From Piedraia hortae CBS 480.64 (Eukaryota), in the NCBI GenBank assembly GCA_010093745.1, contig MU005959.1:176270-240269 (forward strand): a stretch of 64,000 nucleotides of DNA. The letters are read 5' to 3'. Position numbers and translations under genes: made by a program. Each line of letters opens with the position of its first letter. The first letter of the stretch is position 1. The notes beneath the pieces are model-generated. The model ran no database searches. It saw only the letters and a list, made by a program, of their open reading frames with translations, and was not told the DNA's origin. Below, one piece after another: positions 54,400 through 64,000 of the stretch.

Positions 54400-56130
54400 C
54401 ATCGTACACAGAATTGTCCAAGTCTCAGAGCAGAAAGTGATGGATAATCACCCACGGACAAGTGGCGAGCCCGCAAACAACGATGGAAAAACGAACATGG
54501 TGCAGAGCTGCAACAAAATCCATTCCGTGGACCCGGGCGTGTTCGATCCTGTCTCTGCACCTCGGCCAGGGCGAAACATCAAGAAGATCAATACCTTACC
54601 GAAAGCAATCCATTCGCCCCGGCACATGAACGATCCGTGGCGGCAGGACGAGATACTCAGGGTGGACGTGATCATGGATCAACTCCGCAGTTAACAAGGA
54701 AACGTGTCCGACGCCTAGCGTCACATCCAATGAAAAAGTGCATGGATAGGGATCTCCAAGACCGAGCTGCCTTGTTACGAAATCCCGTCGAATCGTAACG
54801 GTAAAATGATGGCTAAGCATCACCGTGACAAAGTTTACTGTTCCTGTGGACGGGAATGGGATTGTTCAGCAGTGGAAAAACCCATGGCTTGGCAGCGCAC
54901 CTGGTTCCCAAGAATTGTGGGACTACGCAAAGCGCTACGATCTGGAGGGTGTGCTGTGACTATAGGGAACTGAACGAGAAGCATGCGCACCCCCTAACCA
55001 ACGCAATGGTTCAATTCGCGGGCAGTGAGACTGCGACTTCTTGGATTTGAAGGATGGGTTCTAACACGTCCCACTCGCACATTCGCAACACCTTTCGGCC
55101 TTTACGAATGGCCAGTAATGCCCTTTGGCCTATGTCCAGCCGGTGAGAAAAAAGTCACACCGGACCAATTCTCGCTTGGTATGATGGAAAGAGACTTGAT
55201 ACGATGGTCTTTCGCAAAATTCGATTGACAAGTGGTGTTTTCGATGCCAAGTTGTCTTTACACTGTGGGGGGAGGGGGGGGGGGATACCATGGAGGCTGC
55301 ACGGGTAACAGACTGTTTGTCAAATCCTCGATCACACATCTCGGACTTTTGTACAGAGGCCTACACCGGTGGAATTTCAGCGGACACATGGAATGCGCGG
55401 GCCCGCAGTTCGGTCCGGCACCGTTGCGAGCGAGCCCAACCTCGAGAGCCTCGCGAGTTCTGGTCTCCGTGGGGAATGTATTGGCAGAGTGGGAGATGGA
55501 GCGCGGCATCACGCGCAAATGCGCCCATATCGTCGCTGGCAAGAGGCGAGAGCTACGACAAGTTCTGCTTGGAGGGGCCGAGATCTGAGCTGGGAGGTGA
55601 TTGAGCGAGATGTTCTGTGTATGTATCTAGACTATGTATTCAACCGTACCCTAGCAAATCATCGCTACCAGCGAGAGAAGCCGATTCATCTGCGGACAAT
55701 CGGCCGCATTCACCGATGACAAGTAACGTGGCGTCGTGTATGTAGCATGACGTGGTATCACGAAAAACCTTTCTCCCCAGGGAAAAATCAACCCTGGGAA
55801 ACCTGTGCCATCCAAGTTTACTGGCGAACTCAGGAGCTATAGCTTCTGACGGAGACGACTCACTGGATGCGGAGGAATGGGCGAGCTCCCATGCCGGGTG
55901 GGCAAGGTTCTGCGGCTGCCGAGCTGAAAATCTCTGAAAATGCTGGCGTCCGCCTTCCATGAAACATTTGTGTCTCGCGAGCTGTCGCCATGGTGGTACA
56001 GCGGAAGACCGTGATGGCCAAATCCCTCCGCCATGTCTACAGATGTCATACATCACTACCAAGGCTGGCACCAGAGGGCGGTGACTTCACCCGCATCCCC
56101 CATCACCAAGCACTACAAACAATTGCAGGA
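54400..56130 (+). mobile_element. Decayed Ty3/gypsy pol remnant
   Basis: PRPGRNIKKINT, GIVQQWKNPW..LVPK, WRVCCDYRELN..HPL, TFATPFGLYEWPVMPFGLC, MYLDYVFNRTLANH (YLDD block), DFTRIP (integrase start), all across frameshifts. Confidence 0.8.
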
Positions 56131-56566
56131 CCATGCCTATGTTTATGACTTGTAGGCCTGTGACCTGCGAAGATATCGTCTTTGAACGTAGGAGACAATA
56201 CACCACCGTCTTCGCTCCACGATCGGGTCTCGGTTGCCGTCAAGAAAATCAGCAAACGACAGGTGCCGGATATATTTGGTACTCGTCTCTGAAAGCTTGA
56301 AAGACTGGGTCACATACAGAAGCATCCAAAATGAGGTTCTTAGCTGTGCGTGGAATCGAACGACTTTTCGTCCTCACAAAATTTCTTTTTCATGCCATTC
56401 TTGAGGTTGGTTGCGCGGCTTTTTTTCTCACATCGTGGGACAGATGTGGCTGAGAGCTAGACTCCTATCTCCCGCCACGGAAGAGAAGCAGGACACAGCG
56501 AGCACTATCAAGGAGGGCGAGATGCTTTGCAGCGTCGGTTCACTTTTGAAGGTCGCGACTGCGATC

Positions 56567-56827
56567 AAGGGTGTGAAGATAACAAGATTAGGGCTTTATT
56601 AATGGGACTTACTGACCTCCTGTTGGTCCACTTACATCACATCAGGGTTGTGGGGTACACAAGCGCGATGGGGGAGCATCGCGGGTACGAAGACAAGTTC
56701 TGGGGTTTTATCGATGAACTTTCCCCCCTGTCTTCCGGTCAATCTCAGGATCGTTGCCTTCGCAACTGCCATCGAAGAGCACCAAGGATACGAGAACAAC
56801 AAGGTTTCGGGCTTTATCGATGAGACT
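56567..56827 (+). repeat. Three degenerate ~105-115 bp repeat units, possibly ankyrin-repeat debris
   Basis: Units at 56567, 56681 and 56784 translate as QGCEDNKIRALLMG, RGYEDKFWGFIDE and QGYENNKVSGFIDE. Confidence 0.5.
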
Positions 56828-57029
56828 TTCTGCCTTTTCTGATACACAAACAGCCCATGCAACGTTTGGAGAGGTATGCGATAACCATTCATCGGCCTGT
56901 TTGATTTGTGGGAGGACATGAAACGCGGAAAGCGCCCTTCCTTACCATTTCAAAACGTGCCATTCTCAAGTTTGGACGGAGACCTCAAGAATCCAAAGGA
57001 GCACGGCGATGTGTCTAACCACTGGATCA

Positions 57030-57640
57030 ATGGGTGGATCGATTTGACACGTCTCTTGCCAAATGTGTGATTGTTGACCAACAATCATATAGCGTAATCT
57101 CCAACGATTCCTCTAGGGCCACCATGCACGGGATTGGTTCTCAATGAGGAACACGCTCCGTCGCGAGGGGTGAGGCAGCTGTATGATGAACATCGTCTTT
57201 GCGTGGATCATTTCGATGGCTTTGGTGTTCTCCTTTGCGACGAACATCTGGACTGCAGAGGGAGGTCGCGCTGACTTGTCATTTCGTTGACGAAGATTGG
57301 AAGTTTCACCCCATCGTCGTTGCCTTTCGAGAATCTGTAGAGCGGCGGCACACTGGCGGTGAACTAGCTCCTGCCTGGCTTCAAGTACCAGGGCATATGT
57401 ACCCCAGATGGGCTGCTTGTGCCAACTGACATCATAGCACGGTTAACCAGGCCTTGTTCCACAGCGTCGATACCCTTTACCTCTATGGTAACTCAGCGTA
57501 TCGCACTCTTCGTTACGCCTGAGAGGACGTCCTCGGTGAGGATATCGGTTGAACAGATATTCGGCCCGACTGGAAACCTCTTTGCATCGACTGCCTTCCA
57601 ACGGGATCAAAAGATGGAATTACAGCGGCAGTACCGCTAA
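57030..57640 (+). mobile_element. Decayed, internally deleted hAT transposase remnant
   Basis: LAKCVIVDQQSYSVI, FATNIWT, ALTCHFVDEDWKFHPIVVAFRESVERRHTGGELA, then dimerisation-domain-like TSSVRISVEQIFGPTGNL. Confidence 0.78.
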
Positions 57641-58074
57641 AATAAATTCAAGGATGCTGCCACCGTGCGTGCGAGCTCAAATCGCTTCAACTTTCGTTTT
57701 GTGCAGGCCACACATGTCTGCACGGCAACCAGATCTCCGTGTGTCTCGTTGAGTCTGGAAGAGTACTTTTACGGGCTAGCCCTTTCGTCCCATGGTTGTT
57801 ACATGGGTGTGGTTCACCAGGCGCGCGCGTATGCGGTACCCGTGCGTCTTTTGTGCAGGAGCTCGTGAGTATATAGAAGGCCCTCTGGCCTTCTATAGCT
57901 TCCATGCGAGACAATATCTTGCTCGAATCTGGGCCCGTGCACCCCCAAATGCTTCCCTGCACAAGAACGTCGTAACAGATTATGTTGGCAAAAGGGTAGA
58001 AACGATAGTGATAAGCGCTACACCTTCCTAGACTTCCAGAATGGGTTCTAGCGGGTCTCAAAGCCCAAGCAGAT

Positions 58075-58165
58075 GCATTCATCACCCCGTTCAGGTTGTT
58101 TGAGTAGATGGTCATGCTCTTTGGCTTGACCAACTCCCCGGCAAAGTTTCAAGCTCTCATGCAAA
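58075..58165 (+). mobile_element. Second Ty3/gypsy reverse-transcriptase fragment
   Basis: AFITPFRLFE*MVMLFGLTNSPAKFQALM, compared with consensus TAF.T..GL.EW.VMPFGLTNAPA.FQ..M. Confidence 0.8.
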
Positions 58166-59397
58166 GTGCTCATCTACGCTCCATCTCTCTCTGCACCAAA
58201 ATATTGTCGGCATAATTTTCCCTCGAGGTCTGCTTGCCAGCAATCACAGGTTTGGCGGATCGTTTCTCCTGCTGGGACTGTTGATGCGGTCACTGGAGTG
58301 GGCGGATACGGCTATCTAAATTTTCAACTTAAGAGGCAGGGCATTCATGTTCTTTATCATCTAATTCATACCTTTTCTTTCCTTTGTCGTTCTTCCTATC
58401 ACCCAACACTATAAGGCTTTGTGGAAAGTAGGATTTTCGCAATTATTATGTTTCACAAGTGCCGCCTTCCGTTCGAAACGATATATGCTTCGCTTATACC
58501 AAGATCCAGAATATCGGCAGATGATTGATTCCGCTTATTGGCAAGATGAGAAAACTAACATAACGATCAGACTTCCCCCGATCTCCTGAGTCTTTGTTCC
58601 AGTGAAGCCTCATTCAAAGGGACATCGTATCCACCCCTTCGATGATTGCGCCATCAGCTTTCTGCGTGCGAAGTCGTCGGATAGTGACGTTTTGGGTAAT
58701 GTTTCCCATTCGACACCATCTCCAAAGTTTCTCCTGTCCGACTCGGCCAATCTTGCCAAGATCTTATGAACTTGTGAATCGAGACCACGTGAGGTTCATG
58801 AGGTTAGTGAGCTTCGTTCAACCGGTTTTCAGCCCTTCAGCCAATGTGGATGGCGTTTCTGTGGCGCAAGCCCGGCTCGAGCATAGAAATTGAACAGATC
58901 CAATCTTGGATCATTCTTCAACGCTCATTGCATGATCGCCCTGCTTGGGTATGCGACAAAAGATTCGTAAAGTCTTTGTCCATGTATGTTAGCCAGGGCA
59001 GGCAGAGTAGATGGGATGATTCGACGAGAAGAGATGTGGCCAGAGTTTGTATATACCTGGTCAATATCCATGATGCCATTCTGGGTATCTCTCTCCATTT
59101 ACATTGATTAAGGACATCTCATTCCCATCAGTTCCAATCATTACCATCCTCTCGTTCGTCTAAATCCATTCTCATTCCTGCGAGCGTCTCATTCTGATTA
59201 TAATATCCCCACTCGTCCCCGGAGAAACTAGCCGACGCAAATGCGATCCGAGACTGATTCATTCGAGAGTTCCCAGGAATCATTTGTGGAATGCAGGTGG
59301 TGCTGGAAAACTTGGTGCCGGTCGCATCGAGATTTGTTAGGAATTGGCAATCTTGGAAGAGCGTTTCAGCTCTGACCCCTTTTGACCAGACATGGGG

Positions 59398-60198
59398 TTA
59401 TGAGGTTGCATGGGGCATTTTATCTTCATGTGCGACGTTCTGACTATGCGGGTCGCTACCAATGGTACTATCTTGTTCGGGTCCATGTAGCGAAGGCGTC
59501 GTGTGCGTCCAAGGGACGTTCGATGAAGCAGTTTCCTCTTCAACTTGTTCAAGTTCAGGCGAGAAATTTGGGGTAGTCGTGTCTGAATTGCCACTCAGGA
59601 TTTTGCGACGACGTAAAATTTTGGCATGCTTCTCTTTACCGCGCTCTATATAGCTCCTGGATAATTTCGCCAAGGACTCTGGGAGAAAACGAAGAGCCTC
59701 CTCGTGCAAACGGATCATCTCAAGAAATAATTGTTAATCTAGTTCGCGATACTTCCTGGCATTTATGAGGTTTTGCTTTTTGCGCCGTGGGTTCCCGACC
59801 CGCACCTGGGTTGGATGAAACCCAGGGCGGTTTCCATTTGGATGCATATATGGATTCGATTGTTGGTTTGATGGGCTAGGACGCGACGATGACTCTTCGC
59901 AGCTCCGCGGGGTCCAGCCGTGATGATGACTTACATCTCCATATGCCGGCTGATTGCCTGGGCTGGCCTTGGACGGATTCGTGGGAGAGGCAAGGACTGG
60001 CGTCGCCATTGTGCCTGTGGGGCCTGTGTCTTTCGGTGAATTTTTGACAGGATGATTGGTGAGCATCGCTCTACCTGTGGATTGGAATTTGGTGAATGGC
60101 AAAGACATGCTTATATGTTTAGACCGAGGGTGGTCATGAGAGAGTAAGCACGGGAACAAGTTCCAGGGAAGTGGCCCAACAGCCCGAGACGTCATCAA
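59398..60198 (-). pseudogene. Possible bZIP-like basic-region protein interrupted by an in-frame TAA
   Basis: ORFs 60198-59734 and 59718-59398 are in one frame separated by a single TAA; RRKKQNLINARKYRE precedes it. Confidence 0.35.
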
Positions 60199-60908
60199 TG
60201 CAGGTCAATGAAGGCTCACGTGGAGTGCTACTTGCATATTCGCTATGCGGTGTAATGGGCTTATCAGAGAGTCAATCAGGGATAACGTGGCCGTACAACC
60301 TGTTGTCAAGGCTTAAAGCAAATGCTGACCTGAGAACCTTCCTGTATTGTTGAGGAGCGACAAGCGACACACCTTTGGATTCATATACAAATGCATTGTC
60401 TACATTCGGTTATTCGCGCTCTGCAGGCTTTCCAGATATTGCCCAAATCGACGCATCCAAACCGGTGCAGCTTGAATGGCCTTCCGTTAGCATTCTTAAG
60501 AATGGCAAATCACCAGATAAAAGAGCATTGGACAGTCATGAGAAGTCGACGGGGAAGGAGCGCACTACTGAAATCAGGCTGAGGAAATCTAATAGACTTT
60601 ACGGAAAAACTTCGGGGCGCGATATCAAGAACTCCGCACTTAGACACAGCCCGGATGCATATCTATGCTCGAAACGAAGCAGTCCGATTCGCCACGGTGT
60701 TAGGGATTTATAGTCGAGCATTGGGGTCCCGTGTACGAAACAGTACACGGACCGAGTCTGTAAGTCACCGGAAAAGATTGAAACGACTATTGTATCGCGA
60801 TGTTGCTAGGATACGGAGAAGAGCGAAGAGACACCTTGGTGACAGAGGAGTGGTATGAAAGTTGCCATCCGAGTAGAGATGTTTCAGGATGATGTAAGTG
60901 GCTGAGCC

Positions 60909-61180
60909 TCAGCTCGCGACAGTTTCCGCTGCCAAAGAGGTCACTTCGGCGTTGTCGGATCGAAACCTGGTCCTTTCCTCAACGTGAATCGGCACTCCAT
61001 CGGGTCTCGCACAAGCATCCCACTTACATACCACTGCTCTTTCATGGGACAGCTCGTTGGGATTTGAAGCTGCCAACCTGAGCGCTGTTCCGTCGTGCTG
61101 GTCAATCGCCTCCATTCAGACTCGCCACATAGGGTTTGTAGTATCTTAACCATCAGGGCAGATTTGTATCAGCTCGTGGG
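60909..61180 (-). pseudogene. Ankyrin-repeat remnant
   Basis: MVKIL.. then, frameshifted, EAIDQHDGTALRLAASN..HERAVV, resembling the ankyrin consensus. Confidence 0.45.
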
Positions 61181-61680
61181 TGGGGAGATCCTCAGACTCA
61201 AACTCTAAACTGCGTTCCTTTCTACTCCCAACGCTGATAGCTTTAATAAGTTGAACTCCATGGTGGATTTATTCCCGTAGGCAGAGTTTGAGATATCATC
61301 TTCTACAGCAAACAATAAGTCAAGTGAACAGCCTTTCCACCCCGTGTCTGCTGAGCGTGATAGTGACTGACTTGGTTTTCCCGGACCCCGTATGATAGGG
61401 TCCGTCCCTGTTTTACTGTATATTCTCAGAGTCCATTGGGGATTGGCTCAAGGTATTGAAACGACTGTTGGTGTCATAAGCCTTCAGTGAGGTGTACGTG
61501 AATTAAAGAACGTACTCCATTTTGATAGAGATCAACGCAGAACAACGCCTCAGGCACCATTCCAGCTTCATAACGGCAAGCGGCAGACCAGAGATTGAAG
61601 ATCATGTATAACATCCCTTGAAAGACCATTTTACCAGCTGTAATACCGATTTCAGACAGTGTATAAGCTCCTCCATCTCT

Positions 61681-64000
61681 TCACACACTAGCCCTCCTAA
61701 CTCTCGCCCACCTCCACGCCTTCTCCCCGCCCTCCCTCTTCCCAACCCTCGGCAACTCCCCTTTAATCCTCATTTCCTCCAATGCATTCTTCCCATACTC
61801 ATACCCGACCCTATAAATCTCATCAAACCGCCCAAACTCAAGCGTCCCAAACCCCTCCACCGGCGGTCGGAGGTACCTACACCCCGGAAACCCCTTTGCC
61901 CTCTCCAACGCATCCACAGACGAAACATACGCCAATCGGGCCTGGATCTCCGACAGGGTCGGGGGATTCGGTCGCGTACTGAAAAAATTCCACCGATTAA
62001 CCAACGCCCAGAGCCCTGAAAGCGAGTCGCCATACGTCTGCGGAATATCCGAGTCTAGGGCGCCGACGTCGATAGCAAAGATGACATCCGCGCCTAGGGA
62101 GCGCATATGTGATACTGTGAGGTTGTCGGTGTAGCCCCCGTCGAGTAGCATATCGCCCTCATCGCAGAGAGGAGGGAGGAGACCTGCTAGGGACATTGAT
62201 GCGCGGACGTAGCGCCAGACGTAGCCTGAGGAGTGGTACTCACTTCGGGATTTGGAAATGTTGGTGCTGTTGCAGTAGTACGACAGCCAGAAATCTTCAA
62301 TTTGGCAGTTTCCAAAGGTTTTGAAGATGCCACGGTTGAATTCGTGGCCAGTTGTGTAGGACGTTGTTGGATAGGTGATGTCTAGGGCAAAGCGCCAGAT
62401 GCTGCCCATTCGGCCGGCGAATTTTTTCACACGGCCGTACATGGGTACGAGGTCGCCGTCTTGGGCGTAGACTGCGCCGACAAAGGCGCCGATGGAGGTT
62501 CCGCCTACCATGTCGATGGGGATTCCACACTCTTCAAGCGCGCGGATTACGCCGATTTGTGCGCATCCCCGTGCGCCGCCTCCGCCTAGGACCAGCCCGA
62601 CGGCTTTCCCGCAGAGGCGGCGCGCGAGACGGTGAAAGTCCCCTTTGAAGGGCGTGTCGGCTGAGTAAAGTGGTCGCTGGCGTACGCGACGGGATGTGTA
62701 TTTGTGGATTTCGGCTTGAAGGACCTGTACGCGCTGCTTGATAGCATTGCCTAATCGTCGCGGTTGAACGTGTACGTGCTCGTTGGCGTGTGGAATCGCC
62801 ATTTGTACGTGGTGGTGGCCGCCATTCACCCATGGTCGGTTCTTGAGCCACGCCCTCGTCGTGCCAGACGAGCAGTACCGCTCGCTGTGAAGGAGGACGA
62901 GTTCTTTGCGTGCTGTGGTTTTGACCGTCAGTAGAAGACGCTCGTACTCGCCGATAGCGGGCGAGCCTTCGGCAAGACCGATCAGGTAGATGCAGTCTGC
63001 TTGACTGATGCAAGTCTGTGTCCAGGGAGACTTGACGCTGGTGTCTGCCACGTACAGGACAAAGCCATATTTTTCCTCCAGATCAGCAAGGTACTGCGAG
63101 AGCTTCAGCTTGCCCATGCGGCCAAATGCATATCTGCCAAGATGGTTGAGGATGGCAGCCTGATTCAAGGTGATGGCGCCGTCCATGGTCCCAACCTCGT
63201 TGAGCGCCGTCTGCAGTTTATTTGCAAATTCCACGACCGGCACACCTGATGTGCACGGCACGACGGCAACCGTGCGCAGATTGGTTGTAGACGTCGCCTT
63301 TGCCTGCCTCATCTGGATACTGCCTTCTGGTGACACAGGCTCAGGACTTTCAATCAACTTTCTCATCCTCGCCGCAATCATCTTGGACACTTTGATCGTA
63401 ATCCCAGGATGGTCTTGGGCGAGGCTGTTGAACAACGTCTTGGGAAACCTTATCAATTCGGTATCGCGAATGGCGATAAAAGTGCCAGACCTCGTGGACT
63501 CCGTCAAAACCTCCAATTCGCCCACGCTGTCGCCCTGGCCGAATTCACCAACGACAGTAATATCGCCTTTCTCGTTCTCCACAATTCCCCTCAGGCGGCC
63601 GTTCAGCACAATGTAGATGGCATCGCTCTCCTCATTTTGATTGAAGATTGCCTGGCCAGCATTGACATGAACCCATTCAAGCGCAAAGTCGATATACTGT
63701 ATCAGTCTCGGCAAAAGGCTGGCCATTCTCTTCGCCATTGTAAGCAGCACGATGGGATAGCGCTCGACAATCCTTTCGACCGCCGACTTTGGCAAGAAGC
63801 CGACAAACACATCCGTCTTGGCCGTCACGGTCGCCAATGATCTGTAAGAAGAAATGCTACCGAGATAGCCAGCCAAGCCACCGGGCTTGATAGAGAACAA
63901 GTTCTTCTGGCCAGATCTACTCCACTTGTTTCGATCTTGGCTCAGCTCTGCGGTGCCAAACGGATCGGCATTTTCACTAGATTCTGGCACCAAAGCGCTG
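61681..64000 (-). CDS. NTE1: Lysophospholipase NTE1 (cNMP-binding plus patatin domains), 5' end outside window
   Basis: cNMP domain [18 protein letters not shown]; patatin [26 protein letters not shown]; ends RRASV. Confidence 0.96.
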   Translation of the reverse strand, partial: SALVPESSENADPFGTAELSQDRNKWSRSGQKNLFSIKPGGLAGYLGSISSYRSLATVTAKTDVFVGFLPKSAVERIVERYPIVLLTMAKRMASLLPRLIQYIDFALEWVHVNAGQAIFNQNEESDAIYIVLNGRLRGIVENEKGDITVVGEFGQGDSVGELEVLTESTRSGTFIAIRDTELIRFPKTLFNSLAQDHPGITIKVSKMIAARMRKLIESPEPVSPEGSIQMRQAKATSTTNLRTVAVVPCTSGVPVVEFANKLQTALNEVGTMDGAITLNQAAILNHLGRYAFGRMGKLKLSQYLADLEEKYGFVLYVADTSVKSPWTQTCISQADCIYLIGLAEGSPAIGEYERLLLTVKTTARKELVLLHSERYCSSGTTRAWLKNRPWVNGGHHHVQMAIPHANEHVHVQPRRLGNAIKQRVQVLQAEIHKYTSRRVRQRPLYSADTPFKGDFHRLARRLCGKAVGLVLGGGGARGCAQIGVIRALEECGIPIDMVGGTSIGAFVGAVYAQDGDLVPMYGRVKKFAGRMGSIWRFALDITYPTTSYTTGHEFNRGIFKTFGNCQIEDFWLSYYCNSTNISKSRSEYHSSGYVWRYVRASMSLAGLLPPLCDEGDMLLDGGYTDNLTVSHMRSLGADVIFAIDVGALDSDIPQTYGDSLSGLWALVNRWNFFSTRPNPPTLSEIQARLAYVSSVDALERAKGFPGCRYLRPPVEGFGTLEFGRFDEIYRVGYEYGKNALEEMRIKGELPRVGKREGGEKAWRWARVRRASV

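Noticed and set aside
56143..56400. Possible pogo/Fot1 DDE or RNase H fragment on the minus strand (RLLIF/LDG, ILDAS)
   Set aside because: Motifs too short and mutually inconsistent to assign.
58279..58408. TGTTG...CAACA segment resembling a solo LTR
   Set aside because: Only 130 bp; flanks GGGAC/CTATA give no target-site duplication; no second copy in the window.

Overview
Gene-dense, intron-poor nuclear DNA of a filamentous ascomycete (Pezizomycotina-type genes, GT..CTRAC..AG introns of 48-65 nt; the species cannot be fixed from sequence alone). About 22 recognisable housekeeping genes: glucosidase II beta (partial), mitochondrial mL50, eIF3L, nitrilase, cyclin L, YPT6, KEI1, S10 carboxypeptidase, ELP4, NDUFAF7, rhodanese-PTP, lipase/esterase, DDB1, ESF2, GPN2, CDK11-like kinase, GH72, TSR2, UTP17, RPB10, MCM10, RNH202, TTL/PBY1-like and NTE1 (partial). 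There are also four intron-containing tRNA genes (Ala-CGC, two Asn-GTT, Gln-TTG), a few orphan ORFs, an F-box/LRR pseudogene and three zones of decayed transposons (copia plus Myb/SANT-like at ~6.1-7.4 kb; hAT at ~19.2-20.1 kb; gypsy, hAT, ankyrin and bZIP-like debris at ~54-61 kb). The most striking unexplained signal is a repeated, sharp switch from C/A-rich to G/T-rich sequence that cuts through genes and appears to reshape protein sequence. Also notable: a GH72 glucanosyltransferase whose catalytic acid/base Glu is Lys, and an 8-nt tRNA intron. All family calls are from motif recognition by eye; no database search was run.
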